A DNA stretch of 35,838 nucleotides, from NCBI GenBank assembly GCA_045540275.1, contig JAZQGX010000297.1, forward strand, positions 1 to 35,838, read 5' to 3'. Numbering within the stretch: position 1 is the first letter of the stretch; each line of letters begins with the position of its first letter. The notes beneath the pieces are model-generated. The model saw nothing but the letters and a program-made list of their open reading frames with translations, ran no database searches and was not told where the DNA came from. Positions 18,075 to 25,651 of the stretch are shown here, one piece after another. This DNA is from Kiritimatiellia bacterium. Lineage in GTDB: Bacteria > Verrucomicrobiota > Kiritimatiellia > RFP12 > UBA1067. The translations under genes and the position numbers were made by a program.

Positions 18075-18404
18075 ATGTCAAAAGATGGTGAGTATATGAG
18101 CCTGGAGGAGGTCGCCGACCTTCTCGGTGTTACATATCAATTGATTTATCGATTGGTACGCTCTGGTGAATTACCGGCAATTCGATTGGGGAAATTGTAT
18201 CGAGTTGCCCGCGAAGATCTGGAGCTGTATTTGCAGCGCAATAAGCGTTCTGCAAAATCCGGCGGTGTCTGCAGCGTGTGCGGAACATTTTACAGGTCGC
18301 AGGATTCGTTGGGCAATATTTGCACCGAAGACGGTTGCGGACAGCCGATTTGCTTTGACTGCTGGACGCGTCTGGGGATAAACAAGTGTAAAAATCATTC
18401 GTAG
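18075..18404 (+). CDS. HTH_17 (excisionase/MerR-type) DNA-binding protein with a C-terminal Cys-rich zinc-finger module
   Basis: LEEVADLLGVTYQLIYRLVRSGELPAIRLGKLYRVAREDLELYL matches the excisionase-family HTH consensus. The C-terminus has CSVCG...CTEDGCGQPICFDCW, i.e. 8 Cys. AGGAG lies 5 nt before the ATG at 18075. Confidence 0.7.
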   Translation: MSKDGEYMSLEEVADLLGVTYQLIYRLVRSGELPAIRLGKLYRVAREDLELYLQRNKRSAKSGGVCSVCGTFYRSQDSLGNICTEDGCGQPICFDCWTRLGINKCKNHS

Positions 18405-18480
18405 CTTTAAATGAGAGAGTCGCGGCATCTGATGATGCTGCAAATGTTGTTGGGTTAGGTAGAGCAATAAGGAGTTGGCA

Positions 18481-20268
18481 ATGGGAATCTTTTTCGATAT
18501 CTGTGATGCATTGATTGATCCTAGCACGGGACGCGCCTTGTCCGGCGAAGCACTTGAAAAAGCGATGGCCGATCGCAAATGGCCTCGTTGCGGAAACACA
18601 GTCAGTAAGCGTGCCCGCTTTTGCAATTCGTGCGGCAAACCGGCTCCCGGTGGATGGTGGAAGTGCCCGAATTGCAAAAAATGGATCGGCAACGATTCCC
18701 GCTTCTGTCCTCATTGCAACCAGCCGCTCTTTCCGGAAGAGCGTGCGGCGATTGCCGGCGGCGTCTGGTGCAAGGAACAGCGTTTCTTCGCACAGCGGTT
18801 TGAGGTGGGAGATATCAAGCGTCTCCTTTCCGACGGAATTTTAGTGCAGGAGGGGACCTTGGCGATTCTGCTCGACGCCGGGCAGATCCACGGCATCTTG
18901 GAACCCGGACGCCATAATCCTGATTCGCTTGCCCGTAAAATCAACTGGTTCGGTAATCCGCCGCCGCGCAGCGTGGTATTGGTGGACGCTGCGGAGATTG
19001 TCGTGCCTCTGCAGATTGAGGCGTTGCGCACCAGCGAACACTTCCCGATTGATTTTTACGGTGAAGTGATGCTCCGCTTCAAGGGCGACAAAGATGCGGC
19101 AAAAGCGTTTATCGGCAATATATTGGGTTCTGAACGCAGCTGCACCTTCAAGGAACTTTCTGACAATTTCATCCGTTCGGTTCGCATCGCCGTCGATGAA
19201 ATGGTCGTTGCCTCCACCATCGACGATTTGGTTCGCGATCCTGAACGCCGCATCCGATTGCAGGAGCGCATGAATGCCCGTCTTTCCGAAGATCTTGCCG
19301 CTTGCGGTTTGGAGCTTGTGCGGGTCTCTTCGGCGGAATTCACCGGTGAGCAATATGAAGAGTATGCCGAAAAACTGGGTAAGATCGATATTCAGCGGCG
19401 CGAACTTGAGTACAGTGCGGCATTGCGCAAGATGTTCGAAAGAGATTCGATGGCCCAGCACAAAGATGCCGACGCGCTTAAGCAATACAAGGAAATCGTC
19501 GACCACGAATACCGCATTTCCCGCGAGCGGCGCGATCACGAATTCAAACTGATTCAGCGCGAACACAGCCACGACGACATCGTCTATCAGCGTATGCTTG
19601 AAGTCGAAAATCTCGAACAGCAGCACAAGGTGGAAGACATCAAGCAGCACCACCAGCATGCGCAGGAATCGCGTCAGACCGAGCATGACATCTCAATCAA
19701 TTCGCGCATGGACGAATATGAGCGCGGCAAAAAGGTCGGGGACGCTCAGAGCGATGTGCAGGCGCAGGATATCCACACCCAGCAGGATGTTAAAGACGCC
19801 ATGGCGTGGCTCGACGTCAAAATGCGTAAAAACGCAATTAAACAACAGGACAAAGGACTAGACGCCGAACGCCGCAAGGGGATGTCCCCGCTTGAACTGC
19901 TCGCCGATATCGAAGATGCCCAGTTGCGCAATGATATTTTCGAGATGTACAAACTGCAGCTTCAGTCCGGAATGTCGCCCGAGCAGATCCTGGCGCAAAT
20001 GGGCAAGAGCCACTATGGACCGGAATACGAACAGTTCATGCAGAAAATGGCCGATCTCTACAAGGATAATTCCGACCGCGCCGAGCGCGGATTGGCAGGA
20101 CTCGTTTCCGCGCTTCGGGTGAACATCAACGGCTCTGTTTCGCAGGGCGCGCAGTACAATGTCGGAATCCACCAGCAGAATCACAACCAGAACTGCACGA
20201 GCATGAGCAACAGTCATTCTTCCTGGCAAAATATGAACAATTCGACTGAAGACAACAAGAATTCGTAA
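18481..20268 (+). CDS. Double zinc-ribbon plus SPFH/band-7 (flotillin/stomatin-like) domain protein with a long charged coiled-coil tail
   Basis: The N-terminus has CGNTV...CNSCG...CPNCKK...CPHC, which are two CxxC pairs twice. The middle region (GILVQEGTLAILLDAGQIHGILEPGRH...VVLVDAAEIVVPLQIEALRTSEHFPIDFYGEVMLRF...) has an SPFH-like pattern. The C-terminal ~250 aa are E/Q/H/K-rich heptad-like. AAGGAG lies 6 nt before the ATG at 18481. Confidence 0.65.
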   Translation: MGIFFDICDALIDPSTGRALSGEALEKAMADRKWPRCGNTVSKRARFCNSCGKPAPGGWWKCPNCKKWIGNDSRFCPHCNQPLFPEERAAIAGGVWCKEQRFFAQRFEVGDIKRLLSDGILVQEGTLAILLDAGQIHGILEPGRHNPDSLARKINWFGNPPPRSVVLVDAAEIVVPLQIEALRTSEHFPIDFYGEVMLRFKGDKDAAKAFIGNILGSERSCTFKELSDNFIRSVRIAVDEMVVASTIDDLVRDPERRIRLQERMNARLSEDLAACGLELVRVSSAEFTGEQYEEYAEKLGKIDIQRRELEYSAALRKMFERDSMAQHKDADALKQYKEIVDHEYRISRERRDHEFKLIQREHSHDDIVYQRMLEVENLEQQHKVEDIKQHHQHAQESRQTEHDISINSRMDEYERGKKVGDAQSDVQAQDIHTQQDVKDAMAWLDVKMRKNAIKQQDKGLDAERRKGMSPLELLADIEDAQLRNDIFEMYKLQLQSGMSPEQILAQMGKSHYGPEYEQFMQKMADLYKDNSDRAERGLAGLVSALRVNINGSVSQGAQYNVGIHQQNHNQNCTSMSNSHSSWQNMNNSTEDNKNS

Positions 20269-20280
20269 AAGTTTTTTCAA

Positions 20281-21801
20281 ATGAAGATCGTTTGTCCAAA
20301 TTGTGGAAAAAAAGTCGAGCACGGAAGGTTCTGCGAAAAATGCGGAAATCCTTTTGCCGCCGAATCGGATACTGGAAATGACCGTTCTTCGGAATGCCGG
20401 AGCTCTTTTGGCGAGGAGCCTACCCGCGGCGGCAGCGTCAATTCGGGCCAATCGGATTTTTCGCAGATGCCGATTTTGCATCAAGGTGATTGTTTTTCAA
20501 ATGTGCATGAGGGTTTGAAAAAGTCCCAGTCGGCCGGTGGAAATATCGCATTTCCGCAGACGGAAAACGCCACCTCGCTGTTTTTTTCCGATCAAAGCGG
20601 TCCTGAGTTGATGGTGGATCAGCTCTGCGTACAATTTGAGAATCTTTCCGGCATCGTGCGCTTCCTGTTCAATCCCGGGAATGCGCGAGACGGGCTGGAG
20701 AACATCGTGTTCAAATTTGAAAATCAGCTGACCGGGGAGTCTGTCTCGTCGCGCATGCTGCCGTTTCTCAATCGTTCGTGGGAGTTTTCTCTGCCGTTTC
20801 CCGCACAACGCGCCGGAGCAACGGTGTGGTCGGTTACCGGATTGTATGAGATTTCCGGCGTAAGGCACCAGATTGTGGGCGATATGCAGATGGTGGTTAT
20901 TCAACCTCGCGAAGCGCAGACCATCGCCGACAATCTTTGCATCAACATCAGCAACAACATCAACAACGGAAACGCCTCGGACGTCCATGTTTCGCAACGC
21001 GCGCTTGAGGATTTGACCAAGTTGGCCTCCGCGGAAAATCCTTTTGACGAACTTCGCCGCATCATATCAGGCAGGACTCGCTCATGGTGCGGATTGCCGC
21101 TGATCGACTCGAATACTTCCGGTCAAATGCCGCCGATGCCGCCACGGGCAAAAACGGAACGCATAACCCTGGATTTCGGCACTCATCGAGTCACTTTTCT
21201 TGGGGGGCGCACCATCCGCTTTGGACGAAACAGGGATGTAAACGACATTTCGCTGCGACCGGCGGCCTCCGCCACAGAAGATCAGAAGCGTCCGTATTGC
21301 ATGATTAGCCGCGCCCATTGCCACTTCGAACATCAGGGGCAGTCAGTTGTCATTTGCGACGGTCAGCGTGATGAGCGACAGGTGCTGGTGGCGTCAAGCG
21401 GCGGCACATTCTGGAATGGTGTCCGCATTGACGGTTCGATAAGGCTCAACGCGGGGGATCGGGGCGTGGTTTCATTTGCCGGCAGTTATAACGGCGCGAT
21501 CTCGCTTGACGTAAAGGTATGCAAATCGGCGGGGGATTGCAGTTCCTGTCCTCACGCGGGCAGACAATGGTGCGGAGACGGATTGCGCTCATCGCTCATG
21601 CTTACCCGCAGAGACGGCATACCGGAGAAATTCATTGCGGTCTGGAGCTGCTTCCGGTTGGAAGAGGCCGACCCGTCGTTTAACGGGGTTTTGATTTTCC
21701 GAAAAGACGGAGCCTTCGCCTGGCGGAAGGGGCGCAAGTGCGGATGGATTATTCCCGGGACATCGCAACAGACGGATTTTGGAACGGTAACTGTTAACTG
21801 A
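20281..21801 (+). CDS. Zinc-ribbon plus FHA-domain protein
   Basis: The N-terminus has CPNCGKKVEHGRFCEKCG. The FHA-like core is ITLDFGTHRVTFLGGRTIRFGRNRDVNDISL...MISRAHCHFEHQG..VVICDGQ...SSGGTFWNGVRIDG..RLNAGDRGVVSF, matching the G-R...SR.H......D.GS.NGT.vNG pattern. The middle ~250 aa and the Cys-rich C-terminus are unassigned. Confidence 0.55.
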   Translation: MKIVCPNCGKKVEHGRFCEKCGNPFAAESDTGNDRSSECRSSFGEEPTRGGSVNSGQSDFSQMPILHQGDCFSNVHEGLKKSQSAGGNIAFPQTENATSLFFSDQSGPELMVDQLCVQFENLSGIVRFLFNPGNARDGLENIVFKFENQLTGESVSSRMLPFLNRSWEFSLPFPAQRAGATVWSVTGLYEISGVRHQIVGDMQMVVIQPREAQTIADNLCINISNNINNGNASDVHVSQRALEDLTKLASAENPFDELRRIISGRTRSWCGLPLIDSNTSGQMPPMPPRAKTERITLDFGTHRVTFLGGRTIRFGRNRDVNDISLRPAASATEDQKRPYCMISRAHCHFEHQGQSVVICDGQRDERQVLVASSGGTFWNGVRIDGSIRLNAGDRGVVSFAGSYNGAISLDVKVCKSAGDCSSCPHAGRQWCGDGLRSSLMLTRRDGIPEKFIAVWSCFRLEEADPSFNGVLIFRKDGAFAWRKGRKCGWIIPGTSQQTDFGTVTVN

Positions 21802-21811
21802 GGAGGTAGAA

Positions 21812-22393
21812 ATGGGATTCCTGTTTTTTAAAAGCAAGCGTGAAAAAGAGCGTGCCGAACGCCGCGAACGCCGTCATGCGCTTCGCAAGGCCGAGAGTGC
21901 GGTCGATGAAGTGGTCTCGCGCATCAAAAGGATGGAAAAGGATGCCGACGCCGAATGGGAACGCGCCCGCGAAGCGACTAAAGAAGGCAAGCAGGCCGCG
22001 GCTCAGCGTGCTCTGACCAGTTATCGTTCGGCACAAGTGCTGGTTACCAAACTCGAGCAGAAAAAATGGGTCTTTAAGCAGGTTCTTATGAAACTTGAAA
22101 CCGCTGGAACCGACGCCGAGTTCGCCAAAGCGCTTGCGGCGGTCAACAGGGTTACCGATATCAATGTCGAGATGGTCGAAGACGTGTTTGACGAAGCCGG
22201 AGATCTTCTCGCCGAATCCGGCGACGTCGACAAGTTCTGGGCGCAGATGTACGGCAAGGAGGTCGAGGGTTCGAAAGTAGCGCTTCAAGACCATATTCCA
22301 TCAATGGAAGATTTGGAAAGGCATCTTCAGGAGGAAGTTGCAGGCAAAATTGCAAGCGGCATTTCACCGGAAGAGCTTGAGAAAGAGATTTAG
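21812..22393 (+). CDS. ESCRT-III (Snf7/CHMP/Vps2-like) family protein
   Basis: The product is 193 aa. It begins MGFLFF and has a basic N-terminal half (KSKREKERAERRERRHALRK) and an acidic C-terminal half. EATKEGKQAAAQRALTSYRSAQVLVTKLEQKK is colinear with the Vps2/CHMP2 alpha2 region (KMAKQGQMDAVRIMAKDLVRTRRYV). VNRVTDINVEMVEDVFDE...DLL matches the alpha4/alpha5 region. The C-terminal EDLERHLQEE is MIM1-like. GGAGG lies upstream of the ATG. Confidence 0.6.
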   Translation: MGFLFFKSKREKERAERRERRHALRKAESAVDEVVSRIKRMEKDADAEWERAREATKEGKQAAAQRALTSYRSAQVLVTKLEQKKWVFKQVLMKLETAGTDAEFAKALAAVNRVTDINVEMVEDVFDEAGDLLAESGDVDKFWAQMYGKEVEGSKVALQDHIPSMEDLERHLQEEVAGKIASGISPEELEKEI

Positions 22394-22467
22394 TTCATAA
22401 TCACTGCTGGTTCCGGCGTGAAAGCAGCTTGTGATGAGTTGTTATTTGATGATGCAAGAGGTGGATC

Positions 22468-23577
22468 ATGCAATCGATAGGCGATAAGAAGAACGATCGA
22501 ATGTCTGCTTGCCAGACGGCGATGAAGGCTCGTGATTACGCCGCTGCCGCCAAGGCTGCGGCAGATGTGGCTGATTGCGCTGAAATTCTCGCCTCTCGTA
22601 CGACCGGTGTCGTGGCCAAGGCGTATGCCCGGGAAATGGAATCATGGCGGTCGCTGGCGAACAGGCTTGAAGCGAGAAAAGCCTGCTCCGCACCTCGCGA
22701 TGACGCTCGCCCACAGGCGGCGCAGGTTATTGCAGATGGCGATGAATGGCTTGTCGGCGAGAAACCGGATGTGACCTTCGATGACATCGCGGGGATGGAA
22801 GAGGCAAAGCGCATTATCGACGAGATGGTGATCTACCCCATGAAGTCGCCGGATAAGGCTCGCGCTTTGGGGCTTAACCCCGGCGGCGGCGTTTTGCTCT
22901 TCGGCCCTCCCGGAACCGGCAAAACCATGCTCGGGAAAGCGATAGCAGGGGCTCTCAACGCACCGTTCTACTATGCTTCCGGTGCAGATTTGCGCTCTAA
23001 ATGGTACGGTGAATCAGAGCAGCGCCTGTCAAAACTTCTCAATGCCGCAAAGTCACAGCCGGTGGCGGTGTTGTTTCTTGATGAAATCGAATCGCTGCTT
23101 CCGAAACGCACCGAATCATCGCACGCTGCCGACAATCGGGTGGTGACGCAATTTCTTTCCGATATCGGTGGGTTTGATGGATCGGAGAATCTGCTTCTGA
23201 TTCTCGGAGCGACCAATAAGCCGTGGAATATCGACGAAGCGGTTTTTCGTACCGGGCGTTTCGACGAAAAGATTTATGTCGCACCGCCGGATGCCGCCGC
23301 CAGACTCAAAATTCTGGAGTTGAACATCGCCGGGGCGCAGCTCGGTCCGGAAGTCGATTTAAACGAAATCGCCAAAGCGATGGAAGGGGCGTCGGGCTCG
23401 GATGTGTCGGCAGTAGTTTCCGCGGCCAAGCGTTCGGCATTGGCTCGCGCAATCCGGGAGGACAGCGATCCGGTTATCTGCAAAGAGGATTTGCAAGCGG
23501 CGCGTGAGCGTATTCCGCTTAGCATCACCGGTGAAATACTTGAGCCTTATGAGCGGTTTATGAAGGAGCGGCTTTGA
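22468..23577 (+). CDS. Vps4-like meiotic-clade AAA+ ATPase with an MIT-like N-terminal three-helix region
   Basis: Walker A is VLLFGPPGTGKTMLGKAIA. The diagnostic SKWYGESE(Q) corresponds to the Vps4/katanin/spastin SKW(V/L)GESEK. Walker B is VLFLDEIESL. LGATNKPWNIDEAVFRTGRFDEKIYVAPPD and ...MEGASGSDVSAVV are present. The C-terminal helix EDLQAARERIPLSITGEILEPYERFMKE resembles the Vps4 C-terminus. The N-terminus has the MIT-like helices AAAAKAAADVADCAEILASR...AKAYAREMESWRSLANRLE. Confidence 0.8.
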   Translation: MQSIGDKKNDRMSACQTAMKARDYAAAAKAAADVADCAEILASRTTGVVAKAYAREMESWRSLANRLEARKACSAPRDDARPQAAQVIADGDEWLVGEKPDVTFDDIAGMEEAKRIIDEMVIYPMKSPDKARALGLNPGGGVLLFGPPGTGKTMLGKAIAGALNAPFYYASGADLRSKWYGESEQRLSKLLNAAKSQPVAVLFLDEIESLLPKRTESSHAADNRVVTQFLSDIGGFDGSENLLLILGATNKPWNIDEAVFRTGRFDEKIYVAPPDAAARLKILELNIAGAQLGPEVDLNEIAKAMEGASGSDVSAVVSAAKRSALARAIREDSDPVICKEDLQAARERIPLSITGEILEPYERFMKERL

Positions 23578-24482
23578 AACCTGTATGTTGCAAGTGCGGA
23601 AAAACCCTGCCCAATCGCTGGGCGGTTGGCAAGCGGGTGGTGGTCGACGGAGTTGAACAGTGCTATTGCCATTTGCATGCGGTCGATAAGCGAGGCGAAC
23701 AGATGGCAACCGGCAGAGCAATGAAGAGAGAGGAGGTTGTCGCGATGAGTGACAATGAACAAAATGACAAATCCGGCACTCGGGAGGAAGAATTGACGAA
23801 AAACGCCTCAGGGGAGCTTGTTAAAAAGGCCTGGGGCGAGTGCTCGTCGCTTGTTTCAAAACTGGGCGGCGGTATTAAGGTTGTATGGGCAAAAATACAC
23901 CCCGACCGTTCGCCGGAGGCGATGCTGTCGAGCCTCGACGGCGATTTGGCGGAAAACCGGCGCAGGCTGGCAGAAATCAAGCCCGAGCTGGATCGAGCCT
24001 ATCGCGATATCGTCGCCGGGAAAAAGGATTACCTGTCGGCGCCACCGGCGCGTCAGCGTATTCTTAAAATCGAGTTGCAGAGCCTGTTGGCACGCTATAA
24101 ATCACTCGAACGTGAGTTCGGGATTCTTTGCGAAAACGAACGATCCATCGAGATGGTCCGCGGCAGATTTCTTGAGGTGCTTGCGCACGGTATGCGCGGC
24201 AAACTCAACGTCGATACCGTTGACCGCCTGACCGACAGCATCGAGGAGCAGGTCGATGAGGCCGAGGATGTGCAGGACGCGCTGTCAGATCTCGAGCGCG
24301 CCGGCAAAAGAAGCGAACGAGATACTGGAGATTTTGATTCGGAACTCGCCGATTTTGACGGCGAACTGGGTTTGGTCGAAGATGTTAAAAAGGAGGAGAA
24401 AAATGAAGAAAAGAACAATATTGATATCGTCACTGATAAGCGCGGTACTGCTCTCGAGGAATCTGACGGCGGGATTGCGTGA
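23574..24482 (+). CDS. Zinc-ribbon plus ESCRT-III/PspA-superfamily-like coiled-coil protein with an acidic MIM-like tail
   Basis: It has a TTG start that overlaps the Vps4-like stop by 4 nt (TTGA). The N-terminus has CCKCGK...CYCHLH. The central helices are LSSLDGDLAENRRRLAEIKPELDRAYRDIVAGKKDYLSAPPARQRILKIELQSLLARYKSLEREFGIL. The C-terminus has DEAEDVQDALSDLERAGKR, which resembles the Vps2 MIM1 DLEERLKNLRR, then DFDSELADFDGELGLVEDV. The fold assignment is tentative. Confidence 0.4.
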   Translation: MKPVCCKCGKTLPNRWAVGKRVVVDGVEQCYCHLHAVDKRGEQMATGRAMKREEVVAMSDNEQNDKSGTREEELTKNASGELVKKAWGECSSLVSKLGGGIKVVWAKIHPDRSPEAMLSSLDGDLAENRRRLAEIKPELDRAYRDIVAGKKDYLSAPPARQRILKIELQSLLARYKSLEREFGILCENERSIEMVRGRFLEVLAHGMRGKLNVDTVDRLTDSIEEQVDEAEDVQDALSDLERAGKRSERDTGDFDSELADFDGELGLVEDVKKEEKNEEKNNIDIVTDKRGTALEESDGGIA

Positions 24483-25623
24483 AATTTCGTATGCGGTTGA
24501 GGATGCCGCATATCAGGCGGCAAGTAGACTTGCCGAGGATCCACGCGCCGAAAAAGAGATAAAGCGAATTGCATTTGTCAAACTTTGGACGGGCGATTCT
24601 ACCAACTCGATTCCCAACAGCGACGGATTGGTAGCGGTGTTTGAATCGGCATTGGGAGCGGTACCTGCACCCTTCAGCATCGTGCTGCACTCGAATCGCG
24701 ACGACCAGTGGTCGCTTATCGACAGCGTTTTCGATCAGATCGCCGATTTCGACGATTATAATCCGGCGACCTCTCCGCAGCTGAGCAAATTCGAACTTTG
24801 CGACACGCTGCTGCTTGCCAAGATGATCAACGGCATCGACGGCGGCGACAAAGGGGTCAGCTCCGTGCGTATTGCGCTGAAGGCGATACAGGTCAAAACC
24901 GCCCGTCAGATCTGGAGCGCGGTGGTGGAAGGCTCCTACGACGCGCGCACTCAGCCCGACAACGAGAAGCTCAGCTATTTCTCGCGCAAGGCGCTTGAGC
25001 AGGCGGCTGCCGATGCGGTCGAAAAACTTCCGCGCTCGCTCGACGGCTACGGTGTGCTGATCACGCCGATTCAAGGCGCTGGCGGCAAAGCATTGACCCA
25101 GATGTTCATGAATGCCCTGACCGCCGCGGGCCGCCAGGACAAGGTTCGCCTTTACGATTTGCCCAACGGTAACGCCTCCGACCGTATGCTCGGACGCTAC
25201 CTGTGGGAGCGTACTGGTTCGGGCAAAGCGCTTGCTCCGTCGGCGATCAAGCAGATTAAGAGCAAGACCGGTGCCGAAGGGAAGCTCGCGATCTTGACCG
25301 GTATGGTCGTTACCGGTCGCATCTATCCCGACACCTGGGTCGATCCCACGGGCGAGCCGGTTAACACCCTCACCGGTTCCTATTCCGACGCAAGAAAAAA
25401 TCCGACCAGCTTTGAGATTATTGCGGACTTGAAGTTCCGTGATGTCAACGATGGCTTCCGTGTCGTGGCGGCCGTCTCTGCCAATGGTGTTTACAAGCGC
25501 GATATCGGCGGCGATGTCACCGAGCAGCTCAGAAGTTTTGTGACCGTTCGCAATATCGCGGTCGTTGCTGTAATCCTGATATTGATCTGGTTCGTATGCA
25601 AATATGCATTGCGCGTCCGTTAA
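24403..25623 (+). CDS. Exported protein with a signal peptide and a C-terminal TM anchor (function unknown)
   Basis: AGGAGG lies 8 nt upstream of the ATG at 24403. The signal peptide is MKKRTILISSLISAVLLSRNLTA. The C-terminal hydrophobic helix is IAVVAVILILIWFV. The ORF-track start at 24256 is an RBS-less upstream extension that overlaps the previous gene. The - strand ORF 24430-25731 is rejected as a shadow. Confidence 0.5.
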   Translation: MKKRTILISSLISAVLLSRNLTAGLREISYAVEDAAYQAASRLAEDPRAEKEIKRIAFVKLWTGDSTNSIPNSDGLVAVFESALGAVPAPFSIVLHSNRDDQWSLIDSVFDQIADFDDYNPATSPQLSKFELCDTLLLAKMINGIDGGDKGVSSVRIALKAIQVKTARQIWSAVVEGSYDARTQPDNEKLSYFSRKALEQAAADAVEKLPRSLDGYGVLITPIQGAGGKALTQMFMNALTAAGRQDKVRLYDLPNGNASDRMLGRYLWERTGSGKALAPSAIKQIKSKTGAEGKLAILTGMVVTGRIYPDTWVDPTGEPVNTLTGSYSDARKNPTSFEIIADLKFRDVNDGFRVVAAVSANGVYKRDIGGDVTEQLRSFVTVRNIAVVAVILILIWFVCKYALRVR

Positions 25624-25651
25624 CGTTGCATGAAGTTGAATGGAGAACATC

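Noticed and set aside
17925-18404. Whether the AT-rich island plus the excisionase-family HTH gene mark an integrated mobile element or prophage boundary.
   Set aside because: I could not find an integrase, recombinase, tRNA attachment site or flanking direct repeats in the window. HTH_17 domains are also common in ordinary transcription regulators. I keep the AT-island observation as a finding, but I do not call a mobile element.
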